A DNA stretch of 64,000 bases from Mobula hypostoma (lineage: Eukaryota): positions 21,328,001 to 21,392,000 of the forward strand of contig NC_086108.1 in the NCBI RefSeq assembly GCF_963921235.1, in the 5' to 3' direction. Below the pieces are notes generated by a model. It saw only the letters and a program-made list of their open reading frames with translations. It had not been told where the DNA came from and did no database searches. Below, one piece after another: positions 13,410 to 24,550 of this stretch. Position 1 is the stretch's first letter. Each line of letters starts with the position of its first letter. The position numbers and the translations under genes are program-made.

Positions 13410-14440
13410 CCACTAATGCTGGCCTCACCCCATCCTCCCAGCACCACAACAGGGACAGAGTTCCCCTTGTCCTCACCTATCACCCCACCAGCCTCCGGAT
13501 CCAGCACATTATCCTCCGCAACTTCCACCACCTTCAACAGGACTCCACCACTAAGCACATCTTTCCCTCTCCACCACTCTCCGCCTTCCGCAGGGATCGG
13601 TCCCTCTGCGACTCCCTGATCCACACGTCCCTCCCCATGGAACTCCCACCCGGCACTTATCCCTGTAAGTGTAAGTGCTACACCTGTCCCTACACCTCCC
13701 CTCTTGCCACCATTCAAGGCCCCAAACAGTCCTTCCAGGTGAGGCAACACTTCACTTGTGAGTCTGTTGGGGTCATCTATTGCATCCAGTGCTCCCGGTG
13801 CAGCCTCCTCTACATCGATGAAACCCGACGCAGACTGGGGGACCGCTTCATCGAGCACCTCCGCTCCATCCGCCACAACAGATAGGATCTCCCGGTTGCC
13901 ACCCACTTCAACTCTGCTCACATTCACATTCGGGTATGTCCATACATGGCCTCCTCTACTGCCATGATGAGGCTAAACTCAGGTTGGAGAAGCAACACCT
14001 CATACACCGTCCAGGTAGTCTCCAGCCCCTTGGTATGAACACTGAATTCTCCAACTTTGGTAATTCCCTTCTCCTCCCGTCCCCCATCCCTCTGCCCCCT
14101 CCCCCAGCTGCCACATGGTTCCACCTCCTTCTACTACCCATTCTGGTTTCCCCTATTCCTTCTTCACCTTTCCTGCCCATCCTCTCCCTGCTTCCCCTCC
14201 CCCACCCCTTTATCTTTCCCCTTACTGGTTTTTCACCTGGAACCTACCAGCCTTCTCCTTCCCACCCTCCCCCCACCTTCTTTATAGGGCCTCTGCCCCT
14301 TCCCTCTTCAGTCCTGACGAAGGGTTCCGGCCCGAAATGTTGACTGAGCATTTCCATGGATGCTGCCAGACCTGCTGAGTTCCTCCAGCGTGTTGTGAGT
14401 GTTGCTTTGACCCCAGCATCTGCAGACTATTTTGTGTTTA
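13410..14440 (+). mobile_element. Penelope-like element (Neptune-type) 3' part: Cys linker, GIY-YIG endonuclease, pseudo-LTR
   Basis: ORF 13394..13885 has PLVLTYHP, CKCKCYTC and GVIYCIQCSRCSLLYIDET..RL..RF.EH; ORF 13936 has RLEKQHLI..LQPLGMN; then a pyrimidine-rich tract and a hammerhead. Decayed pLTR upstream at ~13060-13190. Confidence 0.9.
14309..14346 (+). ncRNA. Minimal type I hammerhead ribozyme motif in a PLE pLTR
   Basis: cagtc-CTGACGA-a-gggttccggccc-GAAA-tgtt-gactg: stem I cagtc/gactg, stem II ggg../..ccc, intact core. Confidence 0.8.
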
Positions 14441-15134
14441 CACATACACTAATCTCATTGCTTTACTGAGATAAAGTATCTTGGGAGATTTTGGGCATCT
14501 TGTCAATCAACAGCATGGCCAAAAGCAAATTACAGCAATACGACTTATTTTGCCAACACACAACCTTTGCTCTCTTCCATCAAGTTCTGAATTGTATTTT
14601 TAGGCTTACCAGTCAGAATCTTCTGACAATAAACTCAACTTTGACTTTGAATTTATTTTTAAAATGAGGAAGCAAAGTGCTGAGAAAATTTACTTTTCAA
14701 TCCAATCTATTAAAATATGGCCAAAGGTAGACTGAAGCTTCATCATTGCAGTATCACATTCAATAGCATTACCTCAATCGAGAGCTTAACTTGATATGTA
14801 CTGGGAGCTTCCCAGTTTCTCGAGCCACACACTATTACAGTTGACCTGTGGAAACAATTTGTATCCAATAGCCTCTGGGCATAAGTTAACCCAATTAACC
14901 TAAAACTCTTCCTTACAAGCACAATGAACTCAAACCCAAAATGCAATCCAAGGCTCTGAAGAAAAAGAGGACGAGCATTTTCAAATGCAAGTTGTTTTAA
15001 CTCAAACATGTCTCCTTCTCATGTACACAACTACAATAAAGCCAGCAACGTTTATAAAGTCAAACATTTCCAAGACCTTGATTCTAGTTGAGTAAACTGA
15101 AACCAGTCTCAACGTTATATAACTAAATGTGTTA

Positions 15135-18100
15135 AGTGTGTCCAGGATAGATTCCTGTCACAGCGGGCCAACTAGAGGGAATGCCATACTAGATCTAGTA
15201 TTAGGTAATGAACCGGGTCAGGTCACAGATCTCTCAGTGGGTGAGCATCTGGGAGACAGTGACCACTACTCCCTGGCCTTCAGTATTATCATGGAACATA
15301 AAAACGGACTGTAAAAGCTTTTATAGATATGTAAAAAGGAAAAGACTGATAAAGACAAATGTAGGTCCCCTGCAAACAGAAACAGGTGAATTGATTATGG
15401 GGAGCAAGGACATGGCAGACCAATTGAATAATTACTTTGGTTCTGTCTTCACTAAGGAGGACATAAATAATCTTCCAGAAATAGTAAGGGACAGAGGGTC
15501 CAGTGAGATGGAGGAACTGAGCGAAATACATGTTAGTAGGGAAGTGGTGTTAGGTAAATTGAAGGGATTGAAGGCAGATAAATCCCCAGGGCCAGATGGT
15601 CTGCATCCCAGAGTGCTTAAGGAAGTGGCCCAAGAAATAGTGGATGCATTAGTGATAATTTTTCAAAACTCGTTAGATTCTGGACTAGTTCCTGAGGATT
15701 GGAGGGTGGCTAATGTAACCCCACTTTTTAAAAAAGGAGGGAGAGAGAAACCGGGGAATTATAGGCCGGTTAGCCTAACGTCGGTGGTGGGGAAACTGCT
15801 GGAGTCAGTTATCAAGGATGTGATAACAGCACATTTGGAAAGCGGTGAAATGATCGGACAAAGTCAGCATGGATTTGTGAAAGGAAAATCATGTCTGACG
15901 AATCTCATAGAATTTTTTGAGGATGTAACTAGTAGAGTGGATAGGGGAGAACCAGTGGATGTGGTATATTTGGATTTTCAAAAGGCTTTTGACAAGGTCC
16001 CACACAGGAGATTAGTGTGCAAACTTAAAGCACATGGTATTGGGGGTAAGGTATTGGTGTGGGTGGAGAATTGGTTAGCAGACAGGAAGCAAAGAGTGGG
16101 AATAAACGGGACCTTTTCAGAATGGCAGGCGGTGACTAGTGGGGTACCGCAAGGCTCAGTGCTGGGACCCCAGTTGTTTACAATATATATTAATGACTTG
16201 GATGAGGGAATTAAATGCAGCATCTCCAAGTTTGCGGATGACACGAAGCTGGGTGGCAGTGTTAGCAGTGAGGAGGATGCTAAGAGGATGCAGGGTGACT
16301 TGGATAGGTTGGGTGAGTGGGCAAACTCATGGCAGATGCAATTTAATGTGGATAAATGTGAAGTTATCCACTTTGGTGGCAAAAATAGGAAAACAGATTA
16401 TTATCTGAATGGTGGCCGATTAGGAAAAGGGGAGGTGCAACGAGACCTGGGTGTCATTATACACCAGTCATTGAAAGTGGGCATGCAGGTACAGCAGGCG
16501 GTGAAAAAGGCGAACGGTATGCTGGCATTTATAGCGAGAGGATTCGAGTACAGGAGCAGGGAGGTACTACTGCAGTTGTACAAGGCCTTGGTGAGACCAC
16601 ACCTGGAGTATTGTGTGCAGTTTTGGTCCCCTAATCTGAGGAAAGACATCCTTGCCATAGAGGGAGTACAAAGAAGGTTCACCAGATTGATTCCTGGGAT
16701 GGCAGGTCTTTCATATGAAGAAAGACTGGATGAACTGGGCTTGTACTCGTTGGAATTTAGAAGATTGAGGGGGGATCTGATTGAAACGTATAAGATCCTA
16801 AAGGGATTGGACAGGCTAGATGCGGGAAGATTGTTCCCGATGTTGGGGAGGTCTAGAACGAGGGGTCACAGTTTGAGGATAGAGGGGAAGCCTTTTAGGA
16901 CCGAGGTTAGGAAAAACTTCTTCACACAGAGAGTGGTGAATCTGTGGAATTCTCTGCCACAGCAAACTGTTGAGGCCAGTTCATTAGCTATGTTTAAAAG
17001 GAAGTTAGATATGGCCCTTGTGGCTACAGGGGTCACGGGGTATGGAGGGAAGGCTGGGTTCTGAGTTGGATGATCAGCCATGATCATAATAAATGGCGGT
17101 GCAGGCTCGAAGGGCCGAATGGCCTACTCCTGCACCTATTTTCTATGTTTCTATGTAAAAGGATAGAATCAGACAGGACAGGAAAATTTTTAATTGGGGA
17201 AGGGCAAATGGTGAGGCTATAAGGCTAGAACTTGCAGGTGTGAACTGGGATGATGTTTTTGCTGGAAATGTACTATGGACATGTGATCGATGTTCAGAGA
17301 TCTCTGGCAGGATGTTAGGGATAAATTTGTCCCGGTGAGGAAGGTAAAGAATGGTAGGGTGAAGGAACCATGGGTGACAAGTAAGGTGGGAAATCTAGTC
17401 AGGTGGGAGAAGGCAGCATACATGAGGTTAAGGAAGCAAGGATCAGATGGGTCTATTGAGGAATATAGGGCAGCAAGAAAGGAGCTTAAGAAGGGGCTGA
17501 GAAGAGCAAGAAGGGGGCATGAGAAGGGTAAAGGAAAACCCCAAGGCATTCGTCAATTATGTGAAAAACAAAAGGATGACAGGAGTGAAGGTAGGACCGA
17601 TTAGAGATAAAGGTGGGAAGATGTGCCTGGAGGCTGTGGAAGTGAGCGAGGTCCTCAATGAATACTTTTCTTCGGTATTCATCAATGAGAGGGAACTTGA
17701 TGATGGTGAGAACAATATGAGTAAGGTTGATGTTCTGGAGCATGTTGATATTAAGGTAGAGGAGGTGTTGGAGTTATTAAAATACATTAGGACCGCTAAG
17801 TCCCTGGAGCCTGATGGAATATTCCCCAGGCTGCTCCATGAGGCGAGGGAAGAGACTGCTGAGCCTCTGGCTAGGATCTTTCTGTCCTCGTTATCCACGG
17901 GAATGGTACCGGAGGATTGGAGGGAGGCGAATGTTGTCCCCTTGTTCAAAAAAGGTAGTAGGGATAGTCTGGGTAATTATAGACCAGTGAGCCTTATGTC
18001 TGTGGTGGGAAAGCTGTTGGAAAAGATTCTTAGAGATAGGATCTCTGGGCATTTAGAGAATCATGGTCTGATCAGGGACAGTCAGCATGGCTTTGTGAAG

Positions 18101-18747
18101 GGCAGATCGTGTCTAACAAGCCTGACAGAGTTCTTTGAGGAGGTGACCAGGCATATACATGAGGGTAGTGCAGTGGATGTGATCTTCATGGATTTTAGTG
18201 AGGCATTTGACAAGGTTCCACACGGTAGGCTTATTCAGAAAGTCAGAAGGCATGGGATCCAGGGAAGTTTGGCCAGGTGGATTCAGAATTGGCTCGCCTG
18301 CAGAAAGCGAGTGGTGGAGGGAGTACATTCAGATTGGAGAGTAATGCGGATTCGGATTTGGAGTGAGAGTAATGCGCTCGGCACAGACTAGAAGGGTCGA
18401 GACGGCCTGTTTCCGTGCTGTGATTGTTATATAGTTATACGGTTATATGGAGGGTTGTGACTAGTGGTGTCCCACAAGGATCGGTTCTGGGAGCTCTACT
18501 TTTCGTGATTTTTATTAACAACCTGGATGTGGGGGTAGAAGGGTGGGTTGGCAAGTTTGAAGATGACACAAAGGTTGGTGGTGTTGTAGATAGTATAGAG
18601 GATTGTCAAAGATTGCAGAGAGACATTGATAGGTTGCAGAAGTGGGCTGAGAAGTGGCAGATGGAGTTCAACCCGGAGAATTGTGAGGTGGTACACTTTG
18701 GAAGGACAAACTCCAAGGCAGAGTACAAAGTAAATGGCAGGATACTT
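15135..18747 (+). mobile_element. Older CR1 subfamily ORF2, interrupted at 15291-17157 and ~18339-18447
   Basis: ORFs 15129..15314 (PTRGNAILDLVL..SDH), 17290..17604, 17519..18391 and the start of 18424 (GVPQGSVLG, KFEDDTK). Confidence 0.9.
15291..17157 (+). mobile_element. Young CR1 LINE copy 2, 5'-truncated, with uninterrupted RT and C-terminus
   Basis: From NIKTDCKS onward, ORF 15208..17064 is almost identical to copy 1; tail ttctatgtttctatgt. Confidence 0.95.
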
Positions 18748-19320
18748 GAACAACAGGAATTCTGCAGATGCTGGAAATTCAAGCAACACACATCAAAGTT
18801 GCTGGTGAACGCAGCAGGCCAGGCAGCGTCTCTAGGAAGAGGTGCAGTTGACGTTTCAGGCCGAGACCCTTCGTCAGGACTAACTGAAGGAAGAGTGAGT
18901 AAGAGATTTGAAAGTTGGAGGGGGAGGTGGAGATCCAAAATGATAGGACAAGACAGGAAGGGGAGGGATGGAGCCAAGAGCTGGACAGGTGATTGGCAAA
19001 AGGGATACGAGAGGATCATGGAACAGGAGGTCTGGGAAGAAAGACAAGGAGGGGAGGGGGGGAACCCAGAGGATGGGCAAGGGGTATATTCAGAGGGACA
19101 GAGGGAGAAAAAGGAGAGTGAGAGAAAGAATGTGTGTATAAAAATAAGTAGCAGATGGGGTACGAGGGGGAGGTGGGGCATTAGCAGAAGTTATAGAAGT
19201 CGATGTTCAATCCACGGCCTCCTCTACTGTAAAGATGAAGCCACACTCAGGTTGGAGGAACAACACCTTATATTCCGTCTGGGTAGCCTCCAACCTGATG
19301 GCATGAACATCGACATCAAC
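18748..19320 (-). mobile_element. PLE pLTR (minus, 18748-~19208) with an inverted endonuclease-end fragment (plus, ~19209-19315)
   Basis: Hammerhead at 18845-18881 (minus), then plus-strand IHGLLYCKDEATLRLEEQHLIFRLGSLQPDGMNID. Confidence 0.88.
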
Positions 19321-20639
19321 TTTACTGGTGCTGAAACCGATAGATTAATTTACATTTATTTTGTGCAAGTCACAAAACTGTGTGTGAAAACTGCTGATGC
19401 AAATTATTCATCAATTTCTCCATCTTTCCCATAATCTTACCCTTCATGGTGTTCAACTTTTACTTCAAACCCTACTGTATGGAACATGAAGGGCATCACT
19501 ATGTGACAGCATTCAAATCACAAGCAGTGCTCTGTCAGTGTGGGGGAGGTTGGGTAACTTCAGATCTACAACTGTAGCCTTTAACCTTTGCAATTTGCTC
19601 TGCTTTATTCTTTATAACAATCTATGGCTAACTGCTTTGGGATTAGAATTGCAAACTGAGGTGAAAAAACCAGGACATTCTCCCCTTTGGCCTTCAGTTG
19701 GGCAGCTCACTACTTGTCAAAGATCACAAAGTCATGCAGCATGTAGCCACGTAGCTTGGGCTCACCGAGTCCATACCAAACACCAGGCACTCACTCCATT
19801 AGACTTACACAAATATCAATTTTTAAAGTTCTTTCCACAAGCCCCTCAAATACTTCCATTTTCTACCACTCACTGATACACCAGAAGCAATTTACAGTTT
19901 AAAATCTACCATTTTTGGGATGTAGCAAGGAGAAATTTTTTGTGGTCACAGGGAGAACATGCAAATTTCCCACAGATAGCCCTCAAGGTCAGGTTAGAAC
20001 CCAGGTTACTGGTGCTCTGAGGCAGCAGTCATGCTCACTCTGCCAATGTATAATACAATGATACAACTGAAATTTTTTAAAAAACATCAATTGCTGCTGA
20101 TATAAGTAACTGCAATTTCAAAATTTTCAACAACTTTTCCATTCCATTTTTACACATGCTGGTTTTGTATTGCAAAAAAAACAGAAGCAATCACTTGGGA
20201 CGAAATGGAGAAAATTTTGAGATCTCTTCCCACAACTGCAGGCTTAAGTGAATGACTACACTACAAGTGCTGTAATGGAACAAAATAAAAACGAATTAAG
20301 ACAACAGATGCACTCAGCATGTCAGGAAGCCTTTGTAGAAAGAGAAATAAGAGTTTAATTTCAGATCCAAGACCTTTCATCAGACTCTCATTTGAAATAC
20401 TGATGAAGTGTTTCTCCTTCCACAAATGCTGTCTGACATGCTGAGTGTTCCTAGAATTCTAATTATTAAATAGTAAATCTTTAATCTTACTTTGGTATCT
20501 CAGGGATGGAGCCTTTACTTATGCTCTACTATAAGAACACAGTGTCCTTTATGGGGTTGATATCAGCCAAATCTGCTTGGTGCAACCTGCACTGCAAAGA
20601 TATGTCTTTCAGTGAATAAGTTTCATAAATGTACCATAG

Positions 20640-21343
20640 CTATACTCTCTCTACACTGATGACCAAGAGGCTAGACAAAGCTCAAATGCCATCAACAGAT
20701 TTTCTGAAGACACCACCATTGGTGATGACAGCACAATATCTGGTAGTGAAAAGGAGAAGTACAGGAGTGAGATAGGTTGGCTGGTTCGGTGGTGTTGCAA
20801 CAGCAAGGTCATGCTCAAAATCAATAAGACCATGGAACTGATCGTGGACTTCAGGGAGAGGAAGTTAAGAGAATACACACCAGTCCTTGTTGAGAGGGGT
20901 CAGTAGTGGAAAGCAGTTTCAAGTTCATGGATATCAACATCTCAGAGGATCTCTCCTGGGCCTAATACATTGATGCAATCACAAAGCTTTGCACACCAGC
21001 GACTTTGTTTCATTAGGAGTTTGAGGAGATTTGTTAAGTTACCAATGACTCTTGCAAGTTTCTACAGATGTACAGAATAGAGCATTCTGACTGGTTGCAT
21101 CACAGCCAATATGAAGCCTCCAATGTACAGGAATGCCAGAGGCTGCAGAGAGTTGTAGACTCAGCCAGTTCCATCACAAGCACAACACTCCTTGTCATCA
21201 AGGACATTTTCCAGGGGTGTCGCCTCAAGAAGGCAGCACCACCATTAAATATCCTCACTACCCGGGATATGCCCTCGTCACATTACTACCATCAGGGAAA
21301 AACAGGAGCTTGAAGACCACACTCAGTATTAGTAACAGCTTCA
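20640..21343 (+). mobile_element. Degenerate Rex1-like LINE 3' part, resuming at ~22506 after a PLE insertion
   Basis: aagaccatggaactgatcgtggacttcagg (KTxELIVDFR) and ccatcagg motifs shared with the other Rex1-like copies. Confidence 0.7.
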
Positions 21344-22505
21344 CACACAAAAAATGTTGGTGAACGCAGCAGGCCAGGCAGCATCTATAGGAAGAGGTAC
21401 AGTTGATATTTCGGGCCGAGTCCCTTTATCAGGACTAACTGAAAGAAGAGATAGTAAGAGATTTGAAAGTGGGAGGGGGAGGGGGAGATCTGAAATGATA
21501 GGAGAAGACAGGAGGGGGAGGGATGGAGCTAAGAGCTGGAAAGTTGATTGGCAAAAGGGATACAAGACTGGAGAAGGGAGAGGATCATGGGACAGGGAGG
21601 CCTAGGGAGAAAGAAAGGGGGAGGGGAGCCCAGAGGATGGAGAGCAGGCAAGGAGTTATAGCAAAGTCAAAAGAACGGCAATTGCAGGCATGGATCCGAT
21701 GACAAAGTCAAAAATACGGCGATTGCAGACAAAGTCAAAAAAATGGCGATTGCAGACAAACAGGGCAATTGCATATAGTGAGAAGGACAAAGGGAGAAAA
21801 AAAGAGAAGAGGAAAAAAAGGGGAAGAATATTAAAAATAATAAATAAATAAATAAGGGATGGGGTATGAAGGGGAGGAGGGGCATTAACGGAAGTTTGAG
21901 AAGTCAATGTTCATGCCATCAGGTTGGAGGCTACCCAGATGGAATATAAGGTGTTGTTCCTCCAGCCTGAGTGTGGCTTCATCTTGACAGTAGAGGAGGC
22001 TGTGGATAGACATATCAGAATGGGAATGGGATGTGGAATTAAAATGTGTGGCCACTGGGAGATCCTGCTTTCTCTGGTGGACAGAGCGTAGGTGTTCAGT
22101 GAAGCAGTCTCCCAGCCTGCGTTGGGTCTCGCCAATATATAGAAGGCCGCACCGGGAGCACCAGATGCAGTATATCACACCAGCCGACTCACAGGTGAAG
22201 TGTCGCCTCACCTGGAAGGACTGTCTGGAGCCCTGAATGGTGGTGAGGGAGGAAGTGTAACGGCATGTGTAGCACTTGTTCCGCTTACAAGGGTAAGTGC
22301 TGGGAGGGAGATTGGTGGGAAGGGATGGGGGGGATGAATGGACAAGGGAATTGCATAGGGAGCGATCCCCGCAGAAAGCAGAAGGGGGGGGAGAGGGAAA
22401 GATGTGCTTTGTGGTGGGATCCCGTTGGAGGTGGCAGAAATGACGGAGAATTATATGTTGGACACGGAGGCTGGTGGGGTGGTAGGTGAGAGCAGATGTG
22501 CGTGA
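21344..22505 (-). mobile_element. Penelope-like element 3' part with a 10-bp TSD
   Basis: ORF 21885..22211 GVIYCIWCSRCGLLYIGETQRRL (GIY-YIG); aacagcttca at 21334-21343 and 22506-22515; decayed hammerhead at 21400-21436. Confidence 0.9.
21662..21773. repeat. 27-bp tandem repeat insert (about 3.7 units)
   Basis: Units of the form gacaaagtcaaaaa(t/a)a(c/t)ggcgattgca at 21701 and 21728, with variants at 21662 and 21755. Confidence 0.85.
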
Positions 22506-22609
22506 AACAGCTTCATGCCCTCTACCATCAGAGTTCTGAACAATCTATGAACCCATAAACACTACTTCATAATTAGTCTTTTGCTTTTATTTATTTTTGT
22601 AACAAATTA

Positions 22610-23312
22610 CAAACACTCCCCCAATACTCCCCCAACTCACTATACCCAACAGTATTGTGTCTGCTGTGGAGACCTTCAGGTTTTTGGGTGTCACAATCTC
22701 CCAGGACCTGAAGTGGACACTCTTAACAAAAAGGCTCAGCAGAAGTTGTATTTCCTTTGTCAACTCAGGAAGTACAACCTGCCTCAGGAGCTGTTGATTC
22801 AATTCTATTCAGGAATAATCCAGTCTGTTCTCTGTTCATCCATCACTATCTGGATTGGATCAGCTACCAAACAAGACAGGAATAGACTCCAAAGAACCGT
22901 CAGGGCTGCGGAAAGGATTATTGGTGTGAAACTGCCCTCGATCCAGGACTTATATGCATCTAGAGTCAGGAAGCGAGCAAGCAGCATCATTGTAGACCCA
23001 TCACACACTGGACATCACCTGTTCCAACTCCTTCCTTCTGGTAGGCGCTTTAGATCACTGTATGCCAGGACAAATAGGTACAAGAACAGTTTCTTTCCGT
23101 ATGCCATCAGTCTTATGAACACTTGAATTTTAGTCTATTATAAACCAAGTCCACCTGTACATACACAGGTATACCTCACTGTATATAGTTCATGATTATT
23201 TGCACTATTGTTTTGTTTACTTTTTGATTCTGTACAGCGAGAGCTCAGGGAAACCAGCATCAAATTCCCTGTATGTATCCACATACTTGGGGATAATAAA
23301 GGATTCTGATCC
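22610..23312 (+). mobile_element. Rex1-like LINE 3' end (different subfamily)
   Basis: ORF 22581..23126 KKAQQKLYFL..LLPSGRRFRS..NSFFPYAI; AATAAA and a ttctga-type tail. Confidence 0.8.
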
Positions 23313-23639
23313 TGAAATTATTTTTTAATGTCTTGTAATGTTGTCGTAAAGCAACACATTTCATGATGTAGGTGATATTAAACCAGATTCTTAGTCTGTT
23401 TTCACTGAACTCCAATGGTTTTAGGTATTAGTACTTATTAGTATCTTCCCAGTACTATTGGGGTTTATTCCATATCTTTCCAGAAATCCCAGATGAGACT
23501 AGAAACTCACTGGGTGGGGAATATCACGAACTGGACTAATGGACTTGTCTAGCCTTCTCTGTAGTGCATCAATATTCTGCTCCAAAAGCATGCGTACAAC
23601 TCTTTACATTTCATCAGACTGGCCAGTTTTGATGCAATC

Positions 23640-24550
23640 CATAAAAGTTGTTGATCTGAAATAGGCCAAATCAATAATAAATCATGAGGATTGTAAAGTA
23701 CCATGCCAGAAGAGCAAGTACTGCTCCTTGACCTTAACATGGGCTGTAATAATACAAGTGCACAGAGAAGTTGGAGTGGAGAGAGATGAGAAATTAAACT
23801 GACAGCCAACTGGAAATTCAAACATACTGGTGCCATACATTGCATCTGGCGCTCCTGGCGTGGCCTCCACTATGTTGGTGAAATCCAATGCAGATTAGGG
23901 GAATCACTGAATTGAATACCTTCATTGCGTCCACTGTAACAGTCGGGATCTCCAGTGGTCACCTATTCTAAAACCACTTCCCATTCCCATGCTGACATGT
24001 CTGTCCATTGCCTTCTCTACTGCTAAATTGAAGCTAGACATAGATTTGAGGGACAACACCTCAAATTCTCTCACAGTAGTTTCCAACACTGATTTCTCAA
24101 AATGCTAGTAACTGATTTCCCCTGTTCCACCCCCACATCCACGTCTCTTTCCCTTATCCTTTTGGCCTTGTTTCCCTCCCCAACTCTCATGACCTGCCCA
24201 TCATTTTCACTTTTCTCCCTCTGGTTCCTAACCTCCTTCTCTTATTTCAAGGCTTTCTGTCCTCTCCTGTCAGATTCCTTCTTCTTCAGGTCTTTGCCTT
24301 CCCTGCCTAACACCTCTCAGCTTCTCACATAATTCCCCTTTTTATTCCCCCTCCCAATTTATTATCTGCTTGCTCCTGCTCCTCCCCCTACTCATTTATT
24401 TTGGATTCTGCCCCTGCTTTTTCAATCCTGATGAAGAGTTTCAGCCTAAAACCTTCATTTCCTTCCACTTATGCTATCTGACATGCTGACTTCCCCCAGA
24501 TTTTGTGTGTGTTGATCCAGATTTCCAGCATCTGCAGGGTTTTATGTCTA
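23640..24550 (+). mobile_element. Old PLE endonuclease/pLTR remnant with an inverted upstream piece
   Basis: tgcatctggcgctcctggcgtggcctc and cctgatgaag motifs on the plus strand; ~23640-23825 resembles the endonuclease end on the minus strand. Confidence 0.65.

Noticed and set aside
15208..17064. 618-aa ORF as a possible domesticated RT
   Set aside because: The N-terminus is an out-of-frame piece of the host CR1; the rest is a recent 5'-truncated copy.
18424..19434. 336-aa ORF joining CR1 RT to PLE sequence
   Set aside because: A chance read-through across insertion junctions (CR1, antisense pLTR, inverted endonuclease end); no ATG start or coherent domain structure.
21662..21773. CRISPR-like repeat array
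   Set aside because: Units are adjacent without regular unique spacers, the context is eukaryotic, and there are no cas genes.
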